DNA from: an uncultured Verrucomicrobiae bacterium
GTDB lineage: Bacteria > Verrucomicrobiota > Verrucomicrobiia > Chthoniobacterales > Chthoniobacteraceae
Length of the DNA stretch: 64,000 nucleotides
Assembly (NCBI GenBank): GCA_963836755.1
Contig: CAWIKF010000003.1
Span: 35,064 to 99,063 of the forward strand
Reading direction: 5' to 3'
A program made the translations under genes and the position numbers. The stretch's first letter is position 1; every line of letters starts with the position of its first letter. Below are positions 16,888 through 28,169 of this stretch, piece by piece. The notes beneath the pieces were generated by a model. It was given only the letters and a program-made list of their open reading frames with translations, did not search any database and was not told the DNA's origin.

Positions 16888-17664
16888 TCACTTTGTTGCA
16901 GCCGCTGCGGCGGGTGATGCGCCAGCCGCCGGCGCCGGCGCACCGCCGGGTAAGTTTGCATCGGCCGGAACGGCGAGGATATCCGCGGCGCTCCATGAAT
17001 CGGTGCGGCCTGCATATTCCTTGCGCGCGGCTGCGATTTGTTCCGGCTCGATCGGCGGCGCACTGTTTCCCCATTCCTGGCGGATATACGTCAGGATCGC
17101 CGCGATTTTTTTGTCGGTGAGAGTTTTTTCCCACACCGGCATCGCGCCGTTGTATTCGGTGCCGGAAACTTTGATCGGGCCGATCAAGCCTTTCAAAAGA
17201 ATCATCGCGAGCCGTCGCGAACCACCGTTGACGATCTCCGATTTTGCCAGCGGCGGATACTGGCCGGGCACGCCGAGGCCAGTGGCTTGGTGACACGAAA
17301 CGCAATTTTGCGTGAAGTAACGTTTGCCTTCATCCACCACCGATGACGCTTGCGGCGCGCCGCCGGCTTGTCCGGCTTGCGGCGCGCCGGCAGTGGTCGT
17401 TTGCGGCAATCCGCTTCTTTCATTATAAACATCGCCGCTGAATCCGCCGCTGAACATTCCCAGATAAGCGCCGGCCCAGAAAATGGCGACGCCGGCGACA
17501 GCCATCAGCCAAAGCGGGACGGGCACTGCACTGAAACCGGGGTCCTCATGCTCGCGCCTTGCCGCGCTATGCACATCATGGACATCCGCTGTCTCATGGT
17601 AATCGATGTGGCCGAGGCCGCGGTGCGCGCCGGCGGTGCGGAGGTCTTCGGGATTCTGTTTCAT
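16888..17664 (-). CDS. Membrane-anchored monoheme cytochrome c (CcoP-like position)
   Basis: VPLWL followed by a TM helix, CVSCH, YPPLA and YNGAMP (axial Met). Confidence 0.9.
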   Translation of the reverse strand: MKQNPEDLRTAGAHRGLGHIDYHETADVHDVHSAARREHEDPGFSAVPVPLWLMAVAGVAIFWAGAYLGMFSGGFSGDVYNERSGLPQTTTAGAPQAGQAGGAPQASSVVDEGKRYFTQNCVSCHQATGLGVPGQYPPLAKSEIVNGGSRRLAMILLKGLIGPIKVSGTEYNGAMPVWEKTLTDKKIAAILTYIRQEWGNSAPPIEPEQIAAARKEYAGRTDSWSAADILAVPADANLPGGAPAPAAGASPAAAAATK

Positions 17665-18314
17665 TTCGCCCCTCCTGCCACCGGTTTTTCAGGCGCTTCC
17701 ATCGGACCCGCTTCCTTCAAAGGATGATTGCGATCGAGCGAGATCAAATATGCCACGAGCGCCTTTGCCTCCGGTTTTGGCACGATTTCGTAGCCCCACT
17801 CCGGTGCTTCCACGCCGGTGAGATCGAGAGCATCGTCGGGACGCTGGCCTGTGATTTTCCGCTTTTCAAAAAGAAATCGAAACGGCGGCATAATCGACCC
17901 CGGCGTCACGTAGCGCGGGCTATACAAATGCAGATAATGCCAAATTGCGGAGGATTGCCGGCCGCCAATATTGGTGAGGTCCGGCCCCGTGCGGGCATTG
18001 CCGAGCAGCACCGGATCATCGTAAATGTAATCGCGCGCGACCGTCCGGCGCGAGCCCCAGCCGCGCTTGAGATCTGCGCCCATCTGATCGTCGCGGACTT
18101 GCTGGCTGTGGCACGCGATGCATCCGTTCGCGATGTAAACACGACGCCCCTGCTCTGCCTGACCTCCGGCGTTAATGGGATAAATGTCGCCTGCTTCCTG
18201 ATCGACCTGCGGCTGGAGATTTCCGATCTGCAACTGCGGCGCCATCGCCAGCCCGAGAAACGAGAGCGCGAAAGTCGCGAAAATTCCCCCGAAAATAAAT
18301 GGAAAATTCTTCAC
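17661..18314 (-). CDS. CcoO/FixO-like monoheme cytochrome c
   Basis: GRRVYIANGCIACHSQQVR, RTGPDL and PGSIMP motifs; GTG start overlapping the upstream stop. Confidence 0.9.
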   Translation of the reverse strand: MKNFPFIFGGIFATFALSFLGLAMAPQLQIGNLQPQVDQEAGDIYPINAGGQAEQGRRVYIANGCIACHSQQVRDDQMGADLKRGWGSRRTVARDYIYDDPVLLGNARTGPDLTNIGGRQSSAIWHYLHLYSPRYVTPGSIMPPFRFLFEKRKITGQRPDDALDLTGVEAPEWGYEIVPKPEAKALVAYLISLDRNHPLKEAGPMEAPEKPVAGGAK

Positions 18315-19780
18315 GCTTTTTTGCCTCCTTCTTCAAGCTCCGCGAATAAAGTTGGCGCCCCGCTCGGTTGTCCCAGCCGGAAAAGCATCGCCAGGAAATG
18401 CAGGAAAAAAATCAAGTGCGCGAGAATGATCAGCAGCCAGCCAATGGTGCGCGCCACCATGTAAGGCTGGAAATATCCAATCACCAGCGCAGGCGAGAGC
18501 TCGGGATCGAGCCATGCAGTGCCTTGCGCGCCGCCGCCGATGAAGAGCATGAAAACGCCGAGCCCGATGCCGTAAGCTGTTCCCCAAAAGTGAATCCGGA
18601 TGAACGTCGCAGAAAGCCATTCGCAACCGACCAGCCGCGGGACGATGTAATACATCGAACCGAACATCGCCATCGTGAAAAACCCGTAGATCACGAGCTG
18701 GAATTGCCCGACGGAAAACTGCGTGAAATGCGTGACGCGATCCACTGAACGCAGCGCAGTGATGATCGCCGTCAAAATCGAAAGCGACCAGCAGAACGCG
18801 CCGAACACAGTGAAGCGAATCGTGGGGCTGTGATAAACCATGTCGTAGCGCCCATACATCGTCAGCACGTGATTGATCGTCACCGTTGCCAGCGGAACCA
18901 GCATCATGATCGTCGCCGAAATGCTGACCGTCGGCAGCCACGCCGGCACCGGTCCGCCAGTCAGCCGCGTCATTCCCAGCCAGCCGCCGAGAAGCGCCTG
19001 TGTCCAAAAACCAACGGACGCCAGGTAATAGGAGTGGATCGGTCGGCCGAGGATTTTCGGAATCAAATAGTAGATCGCACCCAGCCCGACTGATGTGAAA
19101 TACAAGCTGAGCAACGCTTGTGCATACCACGCCGCGACCACCGCCTGCACCACACCATGCGAGTGTGCGACCATGATATTCGCCGCTCCGAAAAGCCACG
19201 GAAACCAAAACATTGCGCCAAGCAAATACCACGTCGTGATGTAAACCGGACCCTCACGTCGGCTGTTAAAAATGATCAATCCCCACACCGCGACCAGCGA
19301 ATAGGCGATGAACAAAAGCGCCTCGGCCGAACGGGGAAATTCCAGCAACTCGAACGGCCGCATATTGCCGGACAAAATGGAAACCACGCCGACGGTCACG
19401 CCGATGTTCCAGAAAATTCCTCCGATGATTAGCGCCATCGAACTGCGCAGCGCCACGCGGCAAAGACGCGCCAGCAGCCAGATCGAGCTGCCGATCGCGA
19501 CCGGGCAACCCCAGCCGTAAACCAAAGTATTGGTGAACGCCGGCCAGATGCGTCCATATGTCAGCCAGCTGAAATTCCCGAGAAATTCGGGAGCGTGCAT
19601 TTTGATGGACGCAATCACCCCGAAAAACGTTGCCGCCAACAGCCACGTCAGCGCAGTCGTAAAGAAGAACATCACCGGCGCGCGCGTGGACGCGTCGATC
19701 AAGGCGCGCTCGACTGCGGCGACCTCGGCGGAAGTCACTTCACTGCTTGCGGGAGCGATGGTTTGTGTTTGTGCGCTCAT
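18311..19780 (-). CDS. CcoN/FixN-like membrane protein lacking all heme/Cu histidine ligands
   Basis: CcoN scaffold motifs (WLTYGR, YYLIPK..GRPIHSY, AMFGSMYYIVPRL, IHFW) are present, but the ligand His positions are F, Q, T, R, Q and Q. Confidence 0.85.
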   Translation of the reverse strand: MSAQTQTIAPASSEVTSAEVAAVERALIDASTRAPVMFFFTTALTWLLAATFFGVIASIKMHAPEFLGNFSWLTYGRIWPAFTNTLVYGWGCPVAIGSSIWLLARLCRVALRSSMALIIGGIFWNIGVTVGVVSILSGNMRPFELLEFPRSAEALLFIAYSLVAVWGLIIFNSRREGPVYITTWYLLGAMFWFPWLFGAANIMVAHSHGVVQAVVAAWYAQALLSLYFTSVGLGAIYYLIPKILGRPIHSYYLASVGFWTQALLGGWLGMTRLTGGPVPAWLPTVSISATIMMLVPLATVTINHVLTMYGRYDMVYHSPTIRFTVFGAFCWSLSILTAIITALRSVDRVTHFTQFSVGQFQLVIYGFFTMAMFGSMYYIVPRLVGCEWLSATFIRIHFWGTAYGIGLGVFMLFIGGGAQGTAWLDPELSPALVIGYFQPYMVARTIGWLLIILAHLIFFLHFLAMLFRLGQPSGAPTLFAELEEGGKKA

Positions 19781-20232
19781 GGCTTCTTCAATTCTGGAGC
19801 GTTTGTGCTCGGCGGCGCGGCCACTGGCCCGGGCGATGCCGAAGGGTTGGTGCCGATTTGCGGCGCGGATGCCGCGGGCGCGCTCGGCGGCGGCTGCAGA
19901 CCGTAGGGATATATTTGTTCCACCTTCACCGCGGAAGGTCCGACCGCTTTCGATTTTAAATCATTCGCAACCAATTCCATCGCGCGCGCGATCGGGATTT
20001 GCACGGTGCCTTTGTCCTTCGCGACCCATCCGTAATGATCAAGCTTCGCGTCATTCTCCTTGTTCAAAGCCTCGAGCTTTTCGACCCGCGCTTTCGCGCG
20101 CTCCTCATCAAACGTCTGCTGCGGCGCGGCGAAGCGGAACAAAATCCACGCGATCACTCCGAACCCGCAGAAGACGGCGATGCCCCAGAAAAACCAAACG
20201 CCAAGCGAAACTTTTTTGACTTCCTCGCGCAT
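19777..20232 (-). CDS. Single-TM protein, ActG-like subunit of alternative complex III
   Basis: N-terminal TM helix, LDHYGWV..DKGTVQIPIARAMELV; directly after actF. Confidence 0.65.
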   Translation of the reverse strand: MREEVKKVSLGVWFFWGIAVFCGFGVIAWILFRFAAPQQTFDEERAKARVEKLEALNKENDAKLDHYGWVAKDKGTVQIPIARAMELVANDLKSKAVGPSAVKVEQIYPYGLQPPPSAPAASAPQIGTNPSASPGPVAAPPSTNAPELKKP

Positions 20233-20233
20233 G

Positions 20234-21448
20234 TCAGTTCGAGAGGCGGAGCGATTCCGGCAGGCGCGGATCGCGGATTGGAATGAGGTTGTGTTTACCG
20301 AGTGCTTTCAAAAATAAATACGCCAGCGGCGCGCCAATGCCGACAAGTGCGCAGAGATCGATCGGAATCGCCGCGATGGAAAAACCGGTCTGGTGCAGCA
20401 TCGGCATGATGATGACGTAAAGATCAACGATCTGCATGAACATGATCCACCCAGCGACGGCGCAAAGCACCTTTGGCACTTTTTTCGTCCATTGCATGAG
20501 TAGCAGCGGGAACGGAATAAAGAAGCGCCCGACAACAAGAAAAAGGCTGAGATACCACCACGAAGAAATGTTCCGGCGGATGAAGTATTCCGTCTCCTCA
20601 GGAATGTTCGCATACCAGATGAGCATGTATTGCGAGAAGCCGATGTAAGCCCAGAAAATGCTGAATGCGAGCATCAGCTTGCCCATGATGTGGTAGTGCT
20701 CGATGGTGACAACGCCTTTTAAATAACCGTTGTTCCGCAGCGCGGTGACGATGAGCACGAGAAGCGACATCGCGCTGCCGGCGGCTCCGGCGAAGATGTA
20801 AACGCCCCACATCGTCGAGACCCATTTGTAGTCGAGCCCCATCACCCAATCGACCGCGCCAAAAGTCAGCGAGAGGGCGAAGATTGGTAGGCCGATGATG
20901 CCAAATTTGCGCATCAAAATCGTGTGCCGCGGATCGCCATCTACATCCTGCTGCGTCGACTTTTGTTTCAACTTCAGTGCCACCAGCGTCATCAGCGCGA
21001 AATAAAGCACGTAGCGCACGATGAAAAATCCGTGGTTCAGATAGCCGCTCTTTTTGTCGAGGATTGGATCCATTCCATGCGGCATGTTCCACCATTTCCA
21101 AAGTAGCGGCGCGCATCCCAAAACGAGCAGCGGTAAAAAGTAGAGATAAACAACCGGCATCAAACCGGCGAGGTTCTCAAGGATTCGCCTTACGACCACC
21201 GACCACTCCGCATCGGTCGCGTGATGGACGAGAATCCAAAACAGCGACCCAGCGCAAATCGTGAAAAAATACATGAAGGCGAACAGCCACGAAAATGCGA
21301 ACTGCTGTTTCAGCGCTGGAATAAACGCGCAAATCAAACTGATGATGATGCCGACGGCACCGGCCACGAGCAGCAGCGGCAGCCATCCGCCGACGTCGCT
21401 CGTCTTAAAAGTTTCGGGCTTTGGTTGTGCCGTGGAATGTTCGCTCAT
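20234..21448 (-). CDS. actF: Alternative complex III subunit ActF
   Basis: About 10 TM helices; WSVVVRRILE, DWVMGLD..WVSTMWG and FWAYIGFSQYMLIWYANIPEET motifs. Confidence 0.9.
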   Translation of the reverse strand: MSEHSTAQPKPETFKTSDVGGWLPLLLVAGAVGIIISLICAFIPALKQQFAFSWLFAFMYFFTICAGSLFWILVHHATDAEWSVVVRRILENLAGLMPVVYLYFLPLLVLGCAPLLWKWWNMPHGMDPILDKKSGYLNHGFFIVRYVLYFALMTLVALKLKQKSTQQDVDGDPRHTILMRKFGIIGLPIFALSLTFGAVDWVMGLDYKWVSTMWGVYIFAGAAGSAMSLLVLIVTALRNNGYLKGVVTIEHYHIMGKLMLAFSIFWAYIGFSQYMLIWYANIPEETEYFIRRNISSWWYLSLFLVVGRFFIPFPLLLMQWTKKVPKVLCAVAGWIMFMQIVDLYVIIMPMLHQTGFSIAAIPIDLCALVGIGAPLAYLFLKALGKHNLIPIRDPRLPESLRLSN

Positions 21449-22146
21449 TTGGCTGCCTGCTCCTGCGGTTTGTCCAGTTGCGCGCGCTGGTCTGTCGGCA
21501 CATCTGCGACGGTTGCGTGCTGGCTGCGCTGCAGCGCGCGGAGATAACAGATGATCGCCCAGCGGTCCTCGACCGTCACATTTCCGCCGTAGGCGCCCAT
21601 CGAGTTTTTGCCGTTCGTGATGGTGTTAAAAATCTGCCCGTCGGGCATCGTGATCAGCCGGTTGTCCTGGAAATTCGCCACGCCCACCAGTCCGTATTGC
21701 GTCACTATTCCATTGCCCATGCCGGTCGCGCCGTGGCAGACCGCGCAGTTGATCGTGAAGCGCTCGCGCCCGCGCGCAATCAGCTCCCGGGTCACCTGCA
21801 CCGGAATGCCGTCGCCGTAGCTGTCGCCGATTTTGCCGGTGTTGAAATAGTCGGGCGCGTCCGAAAAATTACCGCGAGTCGGATCGAATTTGTTGTTGCT
21901 GCCGCCGGTCGAATAATAGAGGTGCGGCACCACGTAACCCAGCGGCACCGTTCCTTCCACCGGCTTGCGCGCGGCGCGATCATCGGCGAAAAAAGTGCTC
22001 TCGTGCTGCGGATCATACCGCGGCTGATGATCCATGTCGGGGATGATTTCGATGGGCCGCTTCGTCGTATGCGTGCCGCGGAATCCCGCGATCGCGACGA
22101 CCGTGATGACCGCCAAAATAAAGATGAGAAAAAAGGAGCGGAGCAT
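21445..22146 (-). CDS. actE: Alternative complex III monoheme cytochrome ActE
   Basis: PDMDHQPRY, PVEGTV, CAVCHG and DRWAIICYLRALQ motifs. Confidence 0.9.
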   Translation of the reverse strand: MLRSFFLIFILAVITVVAIAGFRGTHTTKRPIEIIPDMDHQPRYDPQHESTFFADDRAARKPVEGTVPLGYVVPHLYYSTGGSNNKFDPTRGNFSDAPDYFNTGKIGDSYGDGIPVQVTRELIARGRERFTINCAVCHGATGMGNGIVTQYGLVGVANFQDNRLITMPDGQIFNTITNGKNSMGAYGGNVTVEDRWAIICYLRALQRSQHATVADVPTDQRAQLDKPQEQAAK

Positions 22147-22148
22147 GG

Positions 22149-22697
22149 TCAGTCGTGCACGAGCGTCACGTGCTCGCCGCCGATTTGCTCGAGCAGCTCG
22201 CGCGTTTTAGTTTCGGAAAATTTCGGATCGCGCGCCTCGATCACGAGGAAAAATCCGTTGTCGGTGACTTTTGAAAAACGTTCCCAGTTGAACATCGGAT
22301 GATTCCAGCGCGGGAGCTGGTTCATCACCAGCAGCGCGGTCACCGTCGCAAAGGCCGAGCACAAAATCGTGAGCTCAAAAAAGATCGGCATAAACGCCGG
22401 CACGGTCATGAAATCTACCGGCTTGTTGTGCACGACGAGTTTGTAATCGATCAACGATGGATAGCATTCCAGCGCGACCGCGGTGAGCAGACCAAACGTG
22501 CCGCCGCACAAGACGACGGCGCTGAGCCAGGATTTTCCGAGCCCCATCGCCTTGTCCATTCCGTGCACCGGATATGGCGTATGGACGTCCCATTTTTTAA
22601 AACCAGAATCGCGGATTTTTTCCGCTGCGGTGAAAAGCGCCGCAGCGGTTGGGAATTCCGCACCGAGTCCGTAAACTTTGCGAGAACGATCGGCCAT
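22149..22697 (-). CDS. actD: Alternative complex III subunit ActD (DUF3341)
   Basis: GLGAEF, DVHTPYPVHGMDKAMG and FELTIL motifs; start at ATG 22697. Confidence 0.9.
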   Translation of the reverse strand: MADRSRKVYGLGAEFPTAAALFTAAEKIRDSGFKKWDVHTPYPVHGMDKAMGLGKSWLSAVVLCGGTFGLLTAVALECYPSLIDYKLVVHNKPVDFMTVPAFMPIFFELTILCSAFATVTALLVMNQLPRWNHPMFNWERFSKVTDNGFFLVIEARDPKFSETKTRELLEQIGGEHVTLVHD

Positions 22698-22698
22698 T

Positions 22699-24126
22699 TT
22701 AGTGATGAGCCTCCACTCCGACTTGCGCGTCCGGCACATGATGATGCGGATCAGATTCCGGCAGCACGATCTTCACTTCGGACATCGCGATCATCGGCAG
22801 GAACCGCATGAATAAAAGAAAGAGCGAAAGAAAAATCCCGAACGTTCCGACGAACGTCCCGATTTCGACCCACGACGCATGATACATGTGCCACGACGAC
22901 GGAAGGAAGTCGCGATAAAGTCCGCCGACGATGATGATGAAGCGCTCAAACCACATGCCGGCGTTGACGCACATGCAGACAAAGTAGACGACCCAGAGAT
23001 TGCGCCGGCACGCCTTGAACCAAAAAAGCTGCGGCGCAATCGAGTTGCAAAAAAGCATTCCGACCCACCAATACCAGCCGTTCGGGCCCCAGATGCGGCC
23101 GTAAAACGCGAACCGCTCGTAAGGATTTGCGCCATACCACGCGATGAAAAACTCCATCGCATACGCATAGGCGACGATGCTGCCGGTCAACAAAATGATC
23201 TTCGCCATTTTCTCGACATGCTGCTTTGTGATGACATCCTGAAGCTGCGGATAAATCAACCGCGCCGGGATCAAAAGCGTCAGCACCATCGCGAAGCCGC
23301 CGAAGATCGCGCCGGCGACAAAGTAGGGCGGGAAAATCGTCGTGTGCCAGGTCGGGATCACCGACGTCGCGAAGTCGAACGAGACGACTGAATGCACGGA
23401 CAAAACCAGCGGCGTCGAGATGCCCGCAAGAATCAGATACGCCATTTCATAATGGCGCCATTGGCGATTTGATCCGCGCCAGCCGAGCGCAAAAATCGTG
23501 AAGAAAAATTTCTTCACGCGCGACTTCGTCCGATCCCGCAAAGTTGCGAGATCGGGCACGAGACCCGTATACCAAAACAGCACGGACACGGTGAAATATG
23601 TCGAAACCGCGAACACGTCCCACAGCAGCGGGCTGCGGAAGTTTGGCCAGATGCCATTATACCACGGCACCGGCGCGAGGAACCACGCCATCCAGACGCG
23701 TCCGATGTGAATGCCGGGAAAAATTCCCGCGCAAACCACGGCGAAAAGTGTCATCGCCTCCGACGCGCGATTGATCGAGGTGCGCCATTTTTGTCGCGTC
23801 AAAAATAGAATCGCTGAGATCAAAGTTCCAGCATGGCCGATGCCGATCCAAAATACGAAATTCGTGATGTCCCACGCCCAACCGACCGGGTGATTTTCGC
23901 CCCAGACTCCGACGCCGGTCGAGATCTGATACGCGATGCACATGCAGCCAAACAGCGCCGTCGGCACCGTAATGCAAAACGCGACCCACCACCAAAACGG
24001 CGTTTTCGCCTCGACGATCGACGAAATGTTTTCCGTGATCCAGCTCGCCGGGCGGTTTTGCAGGATCAGCGGGACGCGCGTCACTGCGAGGCGATCAGCT
24101 TCAAGACGTGCGGTAGAATCAGCCAT
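22699..24126 (-). CDS. actC: Alternative complex III quinol-oxidising subunit ActC (NrfD/PsrC family)
   Basis: [38 protein letters not shown] and [11 protein letters not shown] motifs. Confidence 0.95.
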   Translation of the reverse strand: MADSTARLEADRLAVTRVPLILQNRPASWITENISSIVEAKTPFWWWVAFCITVPTALFGCMCIAYQISTGVGVWGENHPVGWAWDITNFVFWIGIGHAGTLISAILFLTRQKWRTSINRASEAMTLFAVVCAGIFPGIHIGRVWMAWFLAPVPWYNGIWPNFRSPLLWDVFAVSTYFTVSVLFWYTGLVPDLATLRDRTKSRVKKFFFTIFALGWRGSNRQWRHYEMAYLILAGISTPLVLSVHSVVSFDFATSVIPTWHTTIFPPYFVAGAIFGGFAMVLTLLIPARLIYPQLQDVITKQHVEKMAKIILLTGSIVAYAYAMEFFIAWYGANPYERFAFYGRIWGPNGWYWWVGMLFCNSIAPQLFWFKACRRNLWVVYFVCMCVNAGMWFERFIIIVGGLYRDFLPSSWHMYHASWVEIGTFVGTFGIFLSLFLLFMRFLPMIAMSEVKIVLPESDPHHHVPDAQVGVEAHH

Positions 24127-27100
24127 TATGTTTTACCTCCGACCTGGTTTGTCTGCGTGTTTGGGTGCGGCACCGGATTTTCTCCGCCGGATTCCGGCTC
24201 GTGTTCAAATGCGCCAATCTTGTCTGCGCCGGGCATTTTCATGTTCGGGTTGCGCAATCTCGCGAGGTATTGGATTCGCGAATTTACGTTGAGATATTCG
24301 AGAAGCCGATAGCCGCGCTCGCTTTGCCGCAGCTTGGAAACTTTGCTCTCAGGATCGGCGATGTTTCCAAAAACGATCGACTCATTCACGCACGCCTGCT
24401 GGCAGGCGACTTGAAACGCGTCGGTCGGGATCTTGATGTCTGGCGAAGCGCCGGCGCGAACTTTGGCGCCAATCTTCGCTTCCTGGATGCGCTGCACACA
24501 AAAGCTGCATTTTTCCATGACGCCGCGCATGCGCACGGTCACGTTCGGATTTTTCTGCATCTTCAGCGTGTCGGCCATTCCTTTTTCCGTGAGCGGGCCG
24601 AGCTTTAGTCCATTGACTTCGCCCAGCAGCGGCACTTTTACCGGCGTGATCGGACGCTGATTGTAATCAAAGAAATTAAAGCGCCGCACTTTAAACGGGC
24701 AGTTGTTCGCGCAATACCGCGTGCCGATGCAACGGTTGTATGCCATCACGTTGAGACCTTCATCGTTGTGCACGGTTGCGTTGACGGGGCAAACCGTTTC
24801 GCACGGCGCGTTCTCGCACTGCTGGCAAAGCATCGGCTGCGTGAGCATCTCCGGATCAGCATCGTCGTCGTCCACGCTGGCGAAATACCGATCCATGCGG
24901 ATCCAATGCATCTCGCGGCCGTTGATCACCTGCTCCTTGCCAACGATCGGCGTGTTGTTTTCCGCCTGGCAAGCGACGACGCATGCGTTGCAGCCGAGGC
25001 AGGTGTTGAGGTCAATGGCCATGCCCCATTGATGCGGGCCTTCAAATTTTAGCGGATGCGAATAAAGCGACGGCAGTCCCGCCTTCGGCAGCTCCGCATC
25101 CATGCCCAACTTTTGCGCAAAGGCCGGATCTTTGTCGTGTTGCGCCACCGTTCCTTCGCGCACGAGTGCACGGCCTTCCATGCTCCAATGATCCTGCGTG
25201 ATCGCGAGCGCGCCGCGCTTGCCGGTGCGCCTGATTTTTGCAAAAGCGAAATACGGCGCTGCAGTCGTCCGGAGCGGATAGACATTGACTCCCGAGCCAG
25301 CGCCGACGCGGCCGGTGACTGTGCGGCCGTAGCCGAGCGCGATCGAGATCGAGTTGTCGGCGTGGCCCGGCACGATGAAAATAGGCGCTTCCATTTTGCG
25401 ATGCTCATCGATCGCGATCTCGATGATGTCGCCCGACGCCTCGTAATTTTTCACGCCCAACTTTTTCGCAGTCACCGGGCTCAGCAGCGCGGCATTGTCC
25501 CACGTCATTTTCGTGATCGGATCAGGAAGTTCCTGCAGCCAGCCGTTGTTGTTGTAGCGGCCGTCATCGACTTTCGAGTCGCCGGTGAAAACGACTTCGA
25601 TCATGTCGCCGCCGGCCGCCGCGGGAAGATTTGCATTTTCCGCGACGTAAGCCGACGAGCGCGAGCCCATGAAAAACAGGACATGCGGCGCCGACGCGCT
25701 CTCCGCCAAAAAGCCGTCGTGCAGAAATTTGTTCCACTCCGCCCCGAAATCCGCGCCCGGCGAAAGCGTCTTGAAAGTATCCTGCACGAGTTCCGGCCCG
25801 ACCGGCTTCGGCATGCCACAAAAACGTGCGAGCACGTCGAGGTCCGACCATCCGCCGAACAGCGGCAGGATCATCGGCTGCACCGAAACGTAGGTGCCGT
25901 CTGAGCTGCGCCCATCGCCCCACATCTCGAGATAATGCGCACGCGGCACGTGCCACATCGCCGTGCGCGACGTCTCGTTTTCCATCAGGCTCACGTGCAC
26001 GATCGTCGGGACGGATTTTTGCAGCGTTGCCCATTCGAGATCGGCCGGCGCGTTGTAAACCGGATTGCCGCCGATGATGAAAAGTGCGTGGATTTTTTTG
26101 TCGGCAATCTCCTTTGCCAGCTCCGCAAGCGACATCGTCGGGCGGGTAAAAGTTTGCTGCCCGAGCACAGTCTGCCCGAGATTTTCCAGCGCGGAATTGA
26201 GCGCCGCGACGAGCAATTGCACCGCGACCGGCTGCTGCGGGCCGACGAGGATCAGCGATTTTCCTTTGCTCGCGAGCAAATCATCCGCGACGCCGTCCAA
26301 CCACGCTTCGGAAAATTTCACCGACGACTTCGGCAACGCTGTGTAAAACTGCGTTAACGCCTGATCATTCGTTCCTTTCGCGATCCGCTCCGCCAGCGCG
26401 AGCGCAAACGCGCCGATCTGGCTGACCGGGCAACGCAGGCGATGATCGGCCATGCCGCCGGTAATCGTGTAGCGATTCTCCACGACGTAGAGCCGGTTCA
26501 TTTTGTCGCCGGCTTTTTCGACACGGCGGCGAGCGCTGAATCCTTTGATCGCCGCGATTTTCCCCTCTCCGTCGCCGAGAAAATCCGAGTCGAGCGCGAG
26601 GATTACATCGGCGGCTTCAACATTGTGCGCGGTCTTCAAACCGGGACCGTAGGAAAGGTTCGCGGCCTGGCTCGAAAAATCTGAGCCGAGCGGCTCGTAA
26701 ACGCACCAGCGCATCAGCGGGAAACGTTTTTCCATCAGCGTCCGCAGCCGTTCGCGCGTCGGCGAATTGTCCTCCTCCATCAAAAAAGCGAGCCCGTCGC
26801 CATTGCCCGCCGCCGAGTCAGTGACGAGTTTGTCGAGGAAGTCCGCAAACTTTTTCGGATCCCGCTGCTCGCCATTTTCAATGAAATCGCGCGAGCGATC
26901 CGGGTCATACAAATCGAGAATCGACGCCTGCGCGTAAAGGTCGGTGCCGCCGTGCCCTTTACTAATAGGATGCAACGGATTGCCCTCGAGCTTCGTTGGG
27001 CGTCCGTCGTGCGTCGTCGCGATCAGCGGAATGTATCCGCCGCGCTGCGGCATCGAGGTCGAGTAAAAAAGCGGCTTCCCGGGAATGCACCACTCGGAAC

Positions 27101-27356
27101 TTTTCGTGAACGGCACGAGATGAAGTTCCGGACGGCGGCAACCGCTGAGGCCGATGCCCGCGAGCGCGCTCGATGCGCCCATGATTTTCAAAAAGTGCCG
27201 GCGCGAAACTTCGCCGCCTTTGAACTCCGCCGCGCCTTGCGGAAATTCGCGCTCGAGCCACGCGCCGAACTCCGGCGTCTCGGCGAGCTGCTCCAGACTG
27301 CGCCAATATTTCTTGCCGGTCAGCGGCTGCGACGGGTGTTTAAAAACGCGTTTCAT
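24126..27356 (-). CDS. actB: Alternative complex III subunit ActB (molybdopterin-like plus Fe-S domains)
   Basis: YWRSLE, Tat motif SRRHFLK, lipobox [14 protein letters not shown]; Fe-S motifs [37 protein letters not shown] and KCSFC. ATGA overlap with actA. Confidence 0.95.
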   Translation of the reverse strand: MKRVFKHPSQPLTGKKYWRSLEQLAETPEFGAWLEREFPQGAAEFKGGEVSRRHFLKIMGASSALAGIGLSGCRRPELHLVPFTKSSEWCIPGKPLFYSTSMPQRGGYIPLIATTHDGRPTKLEGNPLHPISKGHGGTDLYAQASILDLYDPDRSRDFIENGEQRDPKKFADFLDKLVTDSAAGNGDGLAFLMEEDNSPTRERLRTLMEKRFPLMRWCVYEPLGSDFSSQAANLSYGPGLKTAHNVEAADVILALDSDFLGDGEGKIAAIKGFSARRRVEKAGDKMNRLYVVENRYTITGGMADHRLRCPVSQIGAFALALAERIAKGTNDQALTQFYTALPKSSVKFSEAWLDGVADDLLASKGKSLILVGPQQPVAVQLLVAALNSALENLGQTVLGQQTFTRPTMSLAELAKEIADKKIHALFIIGGNPVYNAPADLEWATLQKSVPTIVHVSLMENETSRTAMWHVPRAHYLEMWGDGRSSDGTYVSVQPMILPLFGGWSDLDVLARFCGMPKPVGPELVQDTFKTLSPGADFGAEWNKFLHDGFLAESASAPHVLFFMGSRSSAYVAENANLPAAAGGDMIEVVFTGDSKVDDGRYNNNGWLQELPDPITKMTWDNAALLSPVTAKKLGVKNYEASGDIIEIAIDEHRKMEAPIFIVPGHADNSISIALGYGRTVTGRVGAGSGVNVYPLRTTAAPYFAFAKIRRTGKRGALAITQDHWSMEGRALVREGTVAQHDKDPAFAQKLGMDAELPKAGLPSLYSHPLKFEGPHQWGMAIDLNTCLGCNACVVACQAENNTPIVGKEQVINGREMHWIRMDRYFASVDDDDADPEMLTQPMLCQQCENAPCETVCPVNATVHNDEGLNVMAYNRCIGTRYCANNCPFKVRRFNFFDYNQRPITPVKVPLLGEVNGLKLGPLTEKGMADTLKMQKNPNVTVRMRGVMEKCSFCVQRIQEAKIGAKVRAGASPDIKIPTDAFQVACQQACVNESIVFGNIADPESKVSKLRQSERGYRLLEYLNVNSRIQYLARLRNPNMKMPGADKIGAFEHEPESGGENPVPHPNTQTNQVGGKT

Positions 27357-28084
27357 CGGTGACAGGCGTAGCAGTTGATGTTCGGAGGTTCCACGTTCCA
27401 GTCGTGCTTGAGCGTGCTGCCGATTTCCTGCTGCGTGAGTTTTACTTCCTTCGAAAAATCTTTGTTCTCCTCGCCCGGCGGCTTCCCGTATTTCGCGATG
27501 AAGCTCTGCGGATTCACCTGGTCGGGATTCCAATCGAGGTTAAACACTTGTTCACGAGGCCGCAGATTGTTTTCCGGCGCACGATGGCAGTCGAGGCACC
27601 ACGACATGCTCAGGGAATTGAAATGATATACGACCGGCATGTGGTTGACCGGACCGTGACACGAATAGCACGAGATGCCGCGGTTCACGTGCGCCGAGTG
27701 GTTGAAATAAACATAGTCCGGCGTCTTGTGAATCTGCGTCCACGCCACCGGCAGCCCCGTCTTCCAGCTCTCGCGCACAGCCTGCAGCTTCGGGTTTTCC
27801 TTTTGCACCTGCGAGTGGCAATTCATGCACGTCTGCGTGTTCGGCACATTCGAGTGCGCGGCGACCTCGACGAAGCTGTGGCAATAGCGGCAGTCCATCC
27901 CGAGCTGCGAGACGTGCAGGTCGTGCGGGAATGGCACCGGCTGCACCGGCTCGTAGCCGATGTGCGTGTATTTCGGCGTGAAATAATACCAGACGCCGCA
28001 CGTGAGCGCGGTGCCGAGCACGCCGGCGATGACCACCAATTTCAGCGGCAGCCAATTCGTCCATTTTGGAAAAAGATTCGCCAT
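27353..28084 (-). CDS. actA: Alternative complex III pentaheme cytochrome ActA
   Basis: N-terminal TM helix and five CxxCH motifs (CRYCH, CMNCH, CYSCH, CLDCH, CYACH). Confidence 0.95.
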   Translation of the reverse strand: MANLFPKWTNWLPLKLVVIAGVLGTALTCGVWYYFTPKYTHIGYEPVQPVPFPHDLHVSQLGMDCRYCHSFVEVAAHSNVPNTQTCMNCHSQVQKENPKLQAVRESWKTGLPVAWTQIHKTPDYVYFNHSAHVNRGISCYSCHGPVNHMPVVYHFNSLSMSWCLDCHRAPENNLRPREQVFNLDWNPDQVNPQSFIAKYGKPPGEENKDFSKEVKLTQQEIGSTLKHDWNVEPPNINCYACHR

Positions 28085-28169
28085 TTTCTACAGGATGGCT
28101 TTTCCGCGAAGTGACATGTGGAGTAAAAAAAAGAAGGGCAAATCTCGCTGTGCCGGGGAGGACGAACGC

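Noticed and set aside
18311..19780. Functional cbb3-type high-affinity oxidase
   Set aside because: All six His ligands and the active-site Tyr are absent.
18311..19780. ccoN pseudogene
   Set aside because: The frame is full length and coupled on both sides, and the ligands are lost selectively while scaffold motifs are kept. Decay is not formally excluded without dN/dS.
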